Shown here: positions 10,309 to 20,795 of the stretch, piece by piece | How the letters are laid out: every line of letters starts with the position of its first letter | Numbering within the stretch: the stretch's first letter is position 1 | Source of the DNA: an uncultured bacterium | GTDB taxonomy: Bacteria; Babelota; Babeliae; Babelales; Babelaceae | Assembly (NCBI GenBank): GCA_963717435.1 | Contig: OY970332.1 | Coordinates: 1,134,204 to 1,198,203 of the forward strand | Length of the DNA: 64,000 bases | Direction of reading: 5' to 3' | Notes under the pieces: generated by a model | Databases searched by the model: none | Seen by the model: the letters and a program-made list of their open reading frames with translations, nothing else | What the model was told of the DNA's origin: nothing | Position numbers and translations under genes: made by a program

Positions 10309-10972
10309 TCACGTCACATGCAAAAGTATACGACTGGGCGTCCAGAGCAGATAGTCTGGCTATAAACTGATTGAGGCTGGTTTCGTCAAGATTAATAAAA
10401 TATCTTATTGCTCGTTCAATATGATAATTTAAGATATGTCTATCGAACCCGCCATACCCTTCGTGGCCCCCGTACACTTCTCCGTATCTTAGAAAACTCA
10501 TGACAACATACTGATGAACTATTAACGGATCAGAAAAAATTGTATTGGACTGGGAGCATAGCTCATCGACTTCGTTGCGCATGTTTTTCTTAACTAGTAT
10601 ATCGAGCAGGGATACCCAAGAAGCAAGAATCTTATTCTCGTTGCCTAGGATTTGGTATAGGGCTAGCAACTTTTGCAAATATTCTACGGTTTCTGGGGAT
10701 ATTGTAAGAAGATGCTCATAGACGGAGACGGCCTCTATGGTTTTGGAGGATTTTTCAAAAAGCTGGGCCGCTTTGACATAACAATCGATCGCTTTTGGAT
10801 CCTGAAACGAAGAAAGAAGATCGCCTTCAAGCTGTGAGGCAAATGCGCTGTCATTTAAGGAATGAACCAATAAGCGTAAGATGCCCAGAGCCTTTTCTTT
10901 CTCCTTTTTTACAACAAATTCGGCGAGCTTGTACCAGCCCACGCTATATTTGTTTGAATTAAATTCGGTCAT
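10274..10972 (-). CDS. TPR-like helical repeat protein
   Basis: Helical repeats such as AIDCYVKAAQLF and AVSVYEHLLTISP. Confidence 0.65.
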   Translation of the reverse strand: MTEFNSNKYSVGWYKLAEFVVKKEKEKALGILRLLVHSLNDSAFASQLEGDLLSSFQDPKAIDCYVKAAQLFEKSSKTIEAVSVYEHLLTISPETVEYLQKLLALYQILGNENKILASWVSLLDILVKKNMRNEVDELCSQSNTIFSDPLIVHQYVVMSFLRYGEVYGGHEGYGGFDRHILNYHIERAIRYFINLDETSLNQFIARLSALDAQSYTFACDVIKKKDYKKKAA

Positions 10973-11165
10973 GACTATTACCTTTTTTAAAATAAAAAAC
11001 TGCTTGCAACCTCACAATAACACCTTCGGAAAACGATTAAAAGATATTTATTAAAAATACTTTAAAATTTTTGATATTTTTAATAAATACCCTGTCAGAT
11101 TTACAAAGACGACACTGTCAGTTAAACTTATTTAAAACTAAATCACTAAGAAAAAAATAAGACAT

Positions 11166-12991
11166 ATGGACCTAAAAAAAATAGATTTAAAGAATTTTAC
11201 GCCTGAGCAGATTAGAAACTTTTCTGTAATAGCACATATAGATCATGGCAAGTCAACCCTGTGCGATAGACTTCTAGAAGTTACCGGAACCATTTCAGAA
11301 CGAGAACAAAAAAGAACAGTTTCTTGATAAACTCCAAGTTGAAAGAGAACGCGGCATTACCGTAAAGGCCCAAACCGCTTCGATGTTTTATGAATATAAG
11401 GGCCAAACTTATCTATTAAACTTAATCGATACCCCAGGCCACGTAGATTTCAGTTATGAAGTATCAAGATCTCTATACGCCTGCCAAGGTGCAGTTACTG
11501 TTAGTCGACGCATGCCAGGGCGTGCAAGCCCAAACAATGGCAAATTTTTATTTAGCATTCGATCAAGATCTTATCCATTATCCCAGTTATTAATAAAATA
11601 GATATGGCGGCGGCAGACATGACCGCGTATCTAAAGAAATGTAAGATCTTTTTGATTTCAAAAAAGAAGAAATTATTAAAGCATCTGCAAAAGCGGGTAT
11701 CGGGATTCATGAAATTTTAGCAGGCTATAATTGAGCGAATACCTGCGCCCAAAAGTGATCCTAATGGCAAACTTAAAGCATTACTATTTGACTCGTGGTT
11801 TGACGAATATAAAGGCGTAGTATGTTTAATAGCGCTAAAAATGGCGGCATCAAAAAAGGTGATAATATTACATTGGCCCAGGCGCAAAGAAGTACGAAGT
11901 ATTAGAGATGGGTCTAATGTACCCGGACCAAACGCCACGTGACGCACTTTATGCAGGGCAAGTTGGTTATCTTGTTGCAGGCATGAAAACTGTGCAAGAA
12001 GCCCGTGTCGGTGACACCATATATCATCAGAGACAGGCGGTAACACCATTTCCTGGGTTTAAGCCAGCCAAGCCGATGGTCTTTGCCGGTATATATCCAG
12101 TTGAAAGCGAAGATTTTGATGTATTAAGAGATGCCATAGAAAAACTTACACTTAATGACGCCAGTGTAAAAGTTGAAAAGAAAACCTCTGCTGCATTGGG
12201 GCTTGGGTTCAGATGTGGATTTTTAGGGCTTTTACACATGGACGTTTTTAAGCAAAGACTTGAGCAAGAATATGGGCTATCAGTTATTATTACGGCTCCG
12301 AGCGTACTTTATAAAGTTAAACTTGAACTATACAGGTGAAACAGTTGATATTGAAAACCCATCAGATTTTCCTGAGCTTCAAAAAATTGACGAAGTTTTG
12401 GAACCGATAATCGATGCGACTATATTATTGCCCACAAAATATTTGGGGCCGGTTATTAGCACTTTGCCAAGAAAAACGTGGAATTCAACAAGAGCTTACA
12501 TATCTTAATGAAGACAGAGTAATATTAAAATATAGATTGCCACTTAATGAAGTTGCCACAGATTTTTATGATCAATTAAAATCGTTGACTTCAGGGTACG
12601 CGAGCTTAGATTATGAAGAAGCTGGCTATCAAGCTGCAAATTTGGTCAAAATGGATATATTGCTTAATGGCAAAGCCGTTGATGCACTTTCAACAATTGT
12701 CCATGAAGATAACGCTCAAAGTATTGGAAAGCAAATTGCGCTTAAATTAAGACAAGTTATCCCGCGACAGATGTTTGAAGTTGCAATTCAAGCGGCGATT
12801 GGTGCAAAAGTTATTGCAAGAGAACGATATCAGCATTAAGAAAGAATGTAACTGCAAAATGTTACGGTGGTGATATTACACGAAAACGTAAATTGTTAGA
12901 AAAACAAAAAGAGGGTAAGAAAAAAATGAAGCAAGTTGGTAACGTTGAGGTCCCTCAAGAAGCTTTCTTAACAATTTTAAAGAAGGATTAA
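11166..12991 (+). pseudogene. lepA: Elongation factor 4 (LepA) with multiple frameshifts
   Basis: [16 protein letters not shown] at the start; [70 protein letters not shown]; pieces lie in different frames. Confidence 0.95.
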
Positions 12992-12993
12992 AT

Positions 12994-14067
12994 ATGCCGG
13001 GCGAAGTTTTTTCAGGCAATATTTTTATCTTTCACAGCTTTGATGTGGGAGATGATATAAATTTAGAAAAAATCAAAGATGATAAATCAATAGATCGAAA
13101 ACTTGTTGCTCCATCAAAGTATTTCAAAAATTATCACATACCGTTAGCGATTGAACTTCCTAAGCCACACAACACTGAAAACTCACGCTGCGTGAGTACA
13201 AAGTTGCACAACTTTGGAGTTTTGTCTTTAGTTTATAAAATACCATTTACAGAAAGCTTGGACAGCTTACGGGCAACAATTAACGACGTAGATAATGTTT
13301 ATAACGAGCAGAGTGTTCTTGATGCTGGTGTAATTTTTAAGCAAATTAAAGATTATATTAAGCAGCCGAGATTTTTTCATTTAAGAAGATCTTATGTTTT
13401 AATTCAAGTAAATCCAGAATCAGACGCAACTGACACAGTTAAATTCAAAACTGATTACGGCAGCACAATAGCTTCTATATTGAGATTTGAAACAGAGACT
13501 CTTTCTGAATATCAAAAAAACGATATTTTGGACGGCGCAATCGGTTATTTCCGTGGAGATTTGATTATTATCGACACAGAAGCAGCTTTTGTTTACGACG
13601 ATGAATATGAAGAATTTTTAGACTTTTTTGAGTTTGCAAATATTCAGCAACTAGAACTACAATATTTTGATAGAGTATTGGATATTCAACTTAATAAAGT
13701 TTATAAGCGCGAAACACAGAGCCTGCCTCTTAAGTCTTTTTTGCCGTTTGTTAGTGAATTTTCAAATGACCCTATCGACGATCTTGGTAAACTTCGCGTT
13801 GATATTTCTGTTATCACTGAACAACTTGAGAATAGCGTAAAATTTGCCGGCGAGCCGTATTATTCTGAACTTTATCAGCTACTTGCAGATAAATTAGAGC
13901 TTAAAAACTGGAAAGATTCTATTAATAAAAAGCTCGCGATTGTCCAGGATATAAGAAACGTATATCAGCATAAAACTGATATAGTTCGCGAAGATTTACT
14001 ATCTGTTCTTGTGATTTTACTTATCGCAATTGAGCTTCTTCTTGGTATACTAAACTATATTAAGTAG
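12994..14067 (+). CDS. Conserved membrane-anchored protein, RMD1/DUF155-like
   Basis: C-terminal TM LLSVLVILLIAIELLLG after YQLLADKLELKNW-type motif. Confidence 0.6.
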   Translation: MPGEVFSGNIFIFHSFDVGDDINLEKIKDDKSIDRKLVAPSKYFKNYHIPLAIELPKPHNTENSRCVSTKLHNFGVLSLVYKIPFTESLDSLRATINDVDNVYNEQSVLDAGVIFKQIKDYIKQPRFFHLRRSYVLIQVNPESDATDTVKFKTDYGSTIASILRFETETLSEYQKNDILDGAIGYFRGDLIIIDTEAAFVYDDEYEEFLDFFEFANIQQLELQYFDRVLDIQLNKVYKRETQSLPLKSFLPFVSEFSNDPIDDLGKLRVDISVITEQLENSVKFAGEPYYSELYQLLADKLELKNWKDSINKKLAIVQDIRNVYQHKTDIVREDLLSVLVILLIAIELLLGILNYIK

Positions 14068-14131
14068 TGAGACAGGGCGCGTGCCTGCCAGCATGTATTA
14101 AACATATTTTTTAGTTAGTGAATAAAACTTT

Positions 14132-15106
14132 ATGAAAATTTTTAATTATAATTTTTTGATAAAATTATTTTTACAAACAATTATCTTATCCGCAACCACA
14201 AATATAATTCATGGCATGGATATGAGTATGACCGAAGAAGAATTTGTATCTAACATACCAAAGAAGTTGCGCTTACAGGCAAGTTTATCATATTTACGAA
14301 TCAAGATATGCAAAGCAATAGTTGAACAAAATGAACAGGCCCTAACAAAGGCAATTGAAACTGCTAATGCATACCAGCTTAATAAGCGGCTAACAGAATT
14401 ACATGATTGGGACATTGAAGGTATAAAATCTATACAAGCTTTGCTAAAATATGTTTCACAAATGAAATCTCCTACCCCCCCGAGATTTTATATCCTAAAA
14501 GAAGTGGATGAATATTTACAAGCGCGGATATATGATGCGATAAGTGAGCAAGACGAGATTGAATTAGAAAATTTAGATACAATTCTAAAGGGATGGAAAA
14601 CTAACATAATTGATGTATTTTCAAGAGGGTATCTTAGGGGTTACGGGATTTCCTTTAAGACCAATGATCCACTACTAGAAGCCATAATTGATAATAAACT
14701 GAAATCTGCGAAATGTTTGCTAGCGCATTGCGGCTCAAAAATAAATGACAAAATTCAATCTGAAGCTTTTCTGACCTCAAAATCCATGGCAGAATTGTTA
14801 ATTTCTCATGGTTACAAGATACCGTCCATTGAATCTATTTTTCACATAGAAGATGTCAATGAAGAGAAACGGTTTGGTTGGTATTTTCAGGTTTTTGTTT
14901 TATATGCAGGCCGTAATCCTAGCGATGGAGGACTAGCATTTATCAAATTTGTGCTCGGACAAGGCTCTGATTTTAACAACAAAATGTTCGAGAAATTAAA
15001 AATTGGTGTAGAGAGAGGAATTGACAAATTTGGGCAAGAGAGCACAACGATTATCGAAGCACTAATGAATCATCTTGAAAAAGAATTAAAAAACACGGCT
15101 CAATAA
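14132..15106 (+). CDS. Secreted ankyrin-like repeat protein (paralog A)
   Basis: Signal peptide; DPLLEAIIDNKLKSAKCLLAHCG; similar to the next gene. Confidence 0.7.
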   Translation: MKIFNYNFLIKLFLQTIILSATTNIIHGMDMSMTEEEFVSNIPKKLRLQASLSYLRIKICKAIVEQNEQALTKAIETANAYQLNKRLTELHDWDIEGIKSIQALLKYVSQMKSPTPPRFYILKEVDEYLQARIYDAISEQDEIELENLDTILKGWKTNIIDVFSRGYLRGYGISFKTNDPLLEAIIDNKLKSAKCLLAHCGSKINDKIQSEAFLTSKSMAELLISHGYKIPSIESIFHIEDVNEEKRFGWYFQVFVLYAGRNPSDGGLAFIKFVLGQGSDFNNKMFEKLKIGVERGIDKFGQESTTIIEALMNHLEKELKNTAQ

Positions 15107-15247
15107 CGCTATTTAAAAATCACACAAAAAACTAAACTTGTTGATAAATAACAAAATTTAATATTTTATTGCATAACAGAACTCAAAATAACTACACTAG
15201 TTTTATAAATATATTTTAATTTTTTAATTAGGGGGGAGTAAAAGTTT

Positions 15248-15961
15248 ATGAAACTTTTTAACTATAATTTTTTTACAAAATTATTTTTAACAGCAGTTAT
15301 CTTATCACCAACTGTCAAAGTGATTCACGGCATGGCCGAAGAAGAAGTTATCCCGAAAATAGACGCCGATTTTAAAAAAGCTTTATACAATGCAATAATT
15401 AATCAAGATGAATTTCAATTAAAAAATTTAACTAAAATTGCAAAAGCAAATAACACAGACCTAAATAATATATTTTTAGAAGCTTACGAACGCATTTTTC
15501 AACTCAGATCAGCAACACCACTTCTAATAGCGATTATTTATGACAAGCTCAAATCTGCAAAGTTTTTATTAAAAAATGGCGCTAAAATAAACGATCAAAT
15601 TGAATCGCAAGCCATTATACCATCAAAATCTATGGCAAAATTATTAATTTCTTACGGTTACAAGATCCCATCTATTGAAAATATTTTGGCAATAAGACAT
15701 GTAAGAACAATGGGGGCGCCTAGTCCGTCTTTTCTGGATTTTATTAGAGAAACAAAAGTTAATCCACATGACAGGGGGTTAGAGTTTATTAAATTTATGG
15801 TCGAACAAGGCTCTGATTTTAACAGCGAAACGGTCGATAAATTAAAATTTGCTTTAAATCTTTATAAAAAACATGGGCAAGAAAAAAATTTGGGGGGCAG
15901 CAAAGAAATCGAAGAAATAATAAAATATCTTGAAGCAAAGTTGAAAAACAGAGCCCAGTAA
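15248..15961 (+). CDS. Secreted ankyrin-like repeat protein (paralog B)
   Basis: Signal peptide; TPLLIAIIYDKLKSAKFLLKNGAKIN; tandem paralog of 14132-15106. Confidence 0.75.
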   Translation: MKLFNYNFFTKLFLTAVILSPTVKVIHGMAEEEVIPKIDADFKKALYNAIINQDEFQLKNLTKIAKANNTDLNNIFLEAYERIFQLRSATPLLIAIIYDKLKSAKFLLKNGAKINDQIESQAIIPSKSMAKLLISYGYKIPSIENILAIRHVRTMGAPSPSFLDFIRETKVNPHDRGLEFIKFMVEQGSDFNSETVDKLKFALNLYKKHGQEKNLGGSKEIEEIIKYLEAKLKNRAQ

Positions 15962-15983
15962 ATTTATTTAAAGTTTATTCAAA

Positions 15984-16502
15984 TTACTTGGCAACTGATA
16001 CTTTTGCGGGTCTTAAAACCTGTCCCTTAAATTTATACCCCTTTTGAAGCACAGCAACTATATCGCCAGATTTAATATCGGGTGATTCTACTTGCATAAC
16101 AGCTTCGTGCAAGTTTGGGTCAAATTGTGTTATTTCTGAGATTTCTTGAACGTCATATTTTTTTAAGATATTACTTATAGATTTTTTTATTAGCTCAAGA
16201 CCAGTAGTAACAGAATTATTAGCTTCTTGGGATTCTGAATTTTTTTGTCCAGATAGAGCACGATCAAAATCGTCAGCGATAGATATCAGATCAAGCAAAA
16301 CACCAGATTGAGCAGATATTATCCAATTAACACGCTCTTTTTCCGTTCTTTTTCTGAAGTTATCAAACTCAGCAGACATATACATAAGCTGGCTTTTGGC
16401 TTGTAATAATTGAGACTGGCAAACCTGAAGTTGGTCCTGTTTTTGATCTTGCTTTTGCTCTTGGGCCACTTCAGCTTGATTATTAAGATTATTTTCGTCC
16501 AT
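15984..16502 (-). CDS. grpE: Nucleotide exchange factor GrpE
   Basis: AEFDNFRKR, FDPNLHEAV, QKGY..LRPAKVSV. Confidence 0.96.
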   Translation of the reverse strand: MDENNLNNQAEVAQEQKQDQKQDQLQVCQSQLLQAKSQLMYMSAEFDNFRKRTEKERVNWIISAQSGVLLDLISIADDFDRALSGQKNSESQEANNSVTTGLELIKKSISNILKKYDVQEISEITQFDPNLHEAVMQVESPDIKSGDIVAVLQKGYKFKGQVLRPAKVSVAK

Positions 16503-16722
16503 AGTAAAAACCCCAAATTTAATTTTTAGTTTAATATATTTTTAAATTAGTCTAACAAAACAAGTGTAAAAAATAAACCCGCCATAAACAACTTAATAGA
16601 CAACTTATACATGACAGTTGTTCTTTACTGTTGTCTGATGCTTGTTATAGTAGTATTCTGTGCTAAGTTAAATAAACAACTTTTTTGTCTAGATAAAAAT
16701 AAATTAGAAAATTTAGGGTAGT

Positions 16723-18036
16723 ATGATAAAAAATATAAAAAATAAATTTTCACAAGCTAAATTATATAAAACAAATATAAAAGTAGTTTTACTGATAAGT
16801 TTATTAACTTCTATAAAATTTAACTTAAAATCTTACGAGTACCCACTATTCTATAGAGCACCCAGTTTTTGGGGCGAATCCCGCTTTGAAAGAGATATGC
16901 TAACAAGCGCAGCTTTTCAAATTAGATATGCGCACTCATACACATCAAGAAATTCTTGTGGTTATAAAACAAGCTTATTGGATATTTATGGGCCATATAA
17001 TATGCAAAAGCTTATATCAGGCGTTCCAAATATCGATCCAAGTAATAGCTTGGACCAAATATTAATTAATCTTGCTAGCTTGCCGCAATATAGCAGTTTT
17101 GCCAATCTTAGATTTTTTGGAAAATTACGTGTTTTTGAAGCAAATTTTAATTTCGTTCAAAACCTATATAAGGGCTTTTTTATTGCCGCAGCTTTGCCCT
17201 TTAAAGAAGTCAGCATAAAAAATATAAAATATTGCGACTTATCTCCGGAAGAAATTTTGCCAACTATACCAAACAAAAACACAACCCAGTGGGTAGAATT
17301 TTTAAATAACTTTGGTCCCATAATGCAAAGACTTGGTGTGGACGTTAGCAGTTCACACAATGCTGGCGTTGGTGATTTTGCAATGCTAGCGGGCTGGGCC
17401 ATGAACAAAGAAGATACAGAGATTTTAGATTTTATAGATACAGATATTCAAATAGGTGTGCAGCTTCCAACAGCGCCAAAAAGAAGTTTGCAAAACCCGT
17501 TTGTCTTGCCACTTGGATACCCATCTGTCGGGGTGCCGCTTATTTGGGATTTTGCATTGGGTGCTTATGAATGGATAACTTTAGGCGCACGTGTCGATGC
17601 TTTGTTTTTTACAAAGTACAATACAAATTTAAAAATAAAAACTGACAAATTACAGAGCGGCATGATAAAGCTGGTAACAGATACTGTGCGCGTGTGCCCA
17701 GGATCAATTTGGAACATGGGCTTATATTTCAAAGCGGATAGAATCATAAGAGGCTTTTCTGCTTTGCTTGGTTATTCGTTTACAAAAAGAGACAAAGATA
17801 TAGTTTTATCTTGCTCAAATATTTTCTCAAATGAAATTATTAATTCTGATGATGCATTAAAAAGCTGGAAAATGCATGTCATACATCTGCTTTTTGAATA
17901 CGATTTCTGCAACCACAATAACAAATACGCTCCTAGATTTGGGCTGTCATATGACCATATTGTAGCCGGAAAAAGAATCATGTTGGCCAACCCATTTAGC
18001 GCATATGTAGCCGTGGATATAGCTTGGTACTTTTAA
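16723..18036 (+). CDS. Putative outer-membrane beta-barrel protein
   Basis: Signal-like N-terminus, amphipathic beta-strand pattern, C-terminal aromatic WYF. Confidence 0.55.
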   Translation: MIKNIKNKFSQAKLYKTNIKVVLLISLLTSIKFNLKSYEYPLFYRAPSFWGESRFERDMLTSAAFQIRYAHSYTSRNSCGYKTSLLDIYGPYNMQKLISGVPNIDPSNSLDQILINLASLPQYSSFANLRFFGKLRVFEANFNFVQNLYKGFFIAAALPFKEVSIKNIKYCDLSPEEILPTIPNKNTTQWVEFLNNFGPIMQRLGVDVSSSHNAGVGDFAMLAGWAMNKEDTEILDFIDTDIQIGVQLPTAPKRSLQNPFVLPLGYPSVGVPLIWDFALGAYEWITLGARVDALFFTKYNTNLKIKTDKLQSGMIKLVTDTVRVCPGSIWNMGLYFKADRIIRGFSALLGYSFTKRDKDIVLSCSNIFSNEIINSDDALKSWKMHVIHLLFEYDFCNHNNKYAPRFGLSYDHIVAGKRIMLANPFSAYVAVDIAWYF

Positions 18037-18042
18037 ATAGCT

Positions 18043-18498
18043 TTAAACTAGTTTGTTATCTGACAGTTGCTTGAAAACCTGCTCGATTTTATCAAACATC
18101 AAAGTTATACAGAAAAATTCGTTGCTATCAACGTCATAAAAAGCATCAAAAAAATGGGCTCTTATATTATTAAAAAGCTCTAAACTAAACTGCAAATCAC
18201 GTTTACTAATTTGTGCATTTTCGTGTTTGTTCATACGAAGTATGTCAGAATATAACATTACTACTTGATCTATAAGTTCATTGCAAAAATGTTTTCGATT
18301 TTCAGGCGTTGATTTGATCGCCCTTACAATATCTATAACCTTCCATATCTCAAAACAGCTTAAAACAGCATCTTCATGGTGATTATGATTATAATTGCCT
18401 GAAATTTCATGCTTAATTCCAGCCGCAGATATACTACTTAAAGAAAAACTTGCCAGCACCCCAAGAAATAACCTATTGCTCACTTTAACCCCCTTCAT
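18043..18498 (-). CDS. Secreted hypothetical protein
   Basis: Signal peptide ending ISAA; 151-aa ORF. Confidence 0.65.
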   Translation of the reverse strand: MKGVKVSNRLFLGVLASFSLSSISAAGIKHEISGNYNHNHHEDAVLSCFEIWKVIDIVRAIKSTPENRKHFCNELIDQVVMLYSDILRMNKHENAQISKRDLQFSLELFNNIRAHFFDAFYDVDSNEFFCITLMFDKIEQVFKQLSDNKLV

Positions 18499-18679
18499 AA
18501 GCAGATTATCTACCTCTAATCTCTCTATTATGGTAACAATAAAACATTTCTAATTGCAATAAATACATATATTTTAAGATATAATTTCAAAATTATTTAA
18601 TTTTATAACTGAAATGTGGTATTATGGTTTTGATGCGAATAAAATATGTGATAACTTGATAGCTCTAAAGGGAGAAATT

Positions 18680-19072
18680 ATGTCCATATATCGAATTAAA
18701 AAACATAATTTTAAATATTTTGCGGTAATTGCGGTAATATCAATATTTTTTGCAATATCTGCAAGTTATTGTGATATTAGAAAAAATAATAGAAAAATAA
18801 CTATAAAAACAGATCAAAACAAAGTAAAAATAGATAACACAGACATGTGTGTATATATCCCAAAATATAATATTATTATGTGCAAATCCGGAAAGTGCTT
18901 TAAGAACATATCAAAAATAGTTGGGTCAAGTACCGGCACACCGCCATGGCTCATGTACAAAAATTATATTGGATATTATCTGCCGGAGTCTAACAAATAC
19001 GCAAAATTACCCGGCGAGGCAAGAAGAGTTATATTCTGCGATGGGCCATGCGACGTTATAGACAAAAAATAA
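18680..19072 (+). CDS. Hypothetical membrane-anchored/secreted protein
   Basis: GGAGA RBS before ATG 18680; N-terminal hydrophobic segment. Confidence 0.6.
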   Translation: MSIYRIKKHNFKYFAVIAVISIFFAISASYCDIRKNNRKITIKTDQNKVKIDNTDMCVYIPKYNIIMCKSGKCFKNISKIVGSSTGTPPWLMYKNYIGYYLPESNKYAKLPGEARRVIFCDGPCDVIDKK

Positions 19073-19089
19073 ATAACAATTTCCAAAAA

Positions 19090-19419
19090 CTAGTCGCGAT
19101 AGTCGCCAAATGGGATCTTCTCTTCTACATCAACTCTTTTTCTTTTTGTTTTATTATTATTTCTTGTAACCTTGGTGGTCACAGCTTTGAGAATTTCTTT
19201 TAAATCCGCAGAAGGACCAAGAAGTGTTATATTAATGTCATAATCTTGATTTGTGACATCTTCGTCAACAGTTACCAGATATCTAACTGTTTTTTTACTA
19301 ATTTCTCCACTTTTTATTGGCCTTGAAAGTGGTTGGCCGGGAGCTCTTATAATTTGAGCTTGAGACTGAATAACAGCTGGAACCAAAATTATAAAAAAAA
19401 TTTTATTTAATCTATTCAT
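19090..19419 (-). CDS. Small secreted protein
   Basis: GGAG RBS; signal peptide related to those of the two upstream genes. Confidence 0.7.
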   Translation of the reverse strand: MNRLNKIFFIILVPAVIQSQAQIIRAPGQPLSRPIKSGEISKKTVRYLVTVDEDVTNQDYDINITLLGPSADLKEILKAVTTKVTRNNNKTKRKRVDVEEKIPFGDYRD

Positions 19420-19485
19420 AATCTCTCCTAATTACTCCCGGACCAATCAATTATTTATTGTCTAGTTATTTTACCAAATTGTCTT

Positions 19486-19863
19486 TTAATTTGTGCGGCG
19501 CCCACCAAAAGGTATCGCCAAAATATTTTTTGCAGTTTCTCCCGCACCTTGGGCCGTATCTCTAACGGCTTCTCCAGGTCTTACATCAACAATGTCTTCG
19601 CCAACATCAGCGACTGTTCCACCAGCTGTTACAACTGGCTGTGCAACTCTTTCAGGAAAATTTTGTTGCGAAGATGGACGTCCGCCAACTCTGGAATATC
19701 TGTGTTCATGTCCACTTCTTTCACGCTCTCTTGACCAATGATGATTTCTTCTATGATTACTGAAACGAGAACTTGAGCCTTCAGTTGTCCCTGCTTCTGA
19801 AGCTTTTAAAAATAGAACTGGAACTAACGCTAAAACTAATATTTTTTTTAATAGATTCATCAT
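19486..19863 (-). CDS. Small secreted low-complexity (Arg/His-rich) protein
   Basis: Signal MMNLLKKILVLALVPVLFLKA; GGGG RBS. Confidence 0.7.
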   Translation of the reverse strand: MMNLLKKILVLALVPVLFLKASEAGTTEGSSSRFSNHRRNHHWSRERERSGHEHRYSRVGGRPSSQQNFPERVAQPVVTAGGTVADVGEDIVDVRPGEAVRDTAQGAGETAKNILAIPFGGRRTN

Positions 19864-19917
19864 AAATTCCCCTAATTAATAAATCGATAAAACTCACAAT
19901 TAATATTTTTTATTCAA

Positions 19918-20136
19918 TTATAATGTTCCTTTAGGAACGACCATAGGTTCCTCTCTTGTACCTCTAGGGTTTCTCGCTCCACCTGGCTGGTTAACTCTGC
20001 GACCTGAAGGCGCGGCAACTCTAGGTTCTCTTGCAAGTGGACCAGCTTGCGGTGCTTCTGCCCCAGCTTCAGCTGCTTTTAAAAATATGACCGGAATTAA
20101 AGTAATAATTAATATCTTTTTCAATAGATTCATCAA
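19918..20136 (-). CDS. Small secreted Pro/Arg/Gly-rich protein
   Basis: Signal MMNLLKKILIITLIPVIFLKA; GGGGAG RBS. Confidence 0.7.
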   Translation of the reverse strand: MMNLLKKILIITLIPVIFLKAAEAGAEAPQAGPLAREPRVAAPSGRRVNQPGGARNPRGTREEPMVVPKGTL

Positions 20137-20220
20137 AACTCCCCCCTAAACTATAAATAGAAATATACCCCTATTACAATTAGAGTTTTTCAAAATATAG
20201 CAGCAAAAGTCAATACTTGG

Positions 20221-20688
20221 TCAATACTTATTCAGGCCAAAAAATCTTTTAATACCAAAGTCCAAAATCAGATGGGAGAAAATACCCAGCAAGAAAAATG
20301 CCCCGCAAGATAAAATCATAAACTGCCTATCGGCAAATATATTATTCAAAATAAATATTACTACACAGACCAGAATAGTATTAAACCAAATATTATGAAA
20401 AATTCCCCTGTGTCTCACCAAAACCGGAGTAAAAGAGATAATAGAAAAAATTAGCGCAGGAGCAAATTTCTGAAAAAGTAAAAGTAAAATTATAGAAATT
20501 AAAGCGAATCGATAAAATATTTTTTGGCCTTTACTCTTAGTATCCACATCAGGAAACAGACTGCCCAAAAGAACACATAAAAGCCAGAGTAATATTACTG
20601 GCAAATCAAAATTATAAAGCGAAAAAATAAATAAAATCGCTAAGTAAATTAGCGATCCCCCAAACAGGTGACCACGATAATTTGGCAT
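20221..20688 (-). CDS. Membrane-bound metal-dependent hydrolase (YdjM-like)
   Basis: H near N-terminus, GSLFPDVD, HRGIFH, SHLILD. Confidence 0.85.
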   Translation of the reverse strand: MPNYRGHLFGGSLIYLAILFIFSLYNFDLPVILLWLLCVLLGSLFPDVDTKSKGQKIFYRFALISIILLLLFQKFAPALIFSIISFTPVLVRHRGIFHNIWFNTILVCVVIFILNNIFADRQFMILSCGAFFLLGIFSHLILDFGIKRFFGLNKY

Positions 20689-20795
20689 AACTTGGCACTT
20701 AAACCCTTAAAATTAGTTTATAAATAATTATATTTATATTAATAAGCTAATATAATTGCCAAATTATAAGCAAGACTAAAAATTACTTAAAAAAA

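Noticed and set aside
11383-12839. Several separate small ORFs
   Set aside because: Fragments or shadows of a single frameshifted lepA
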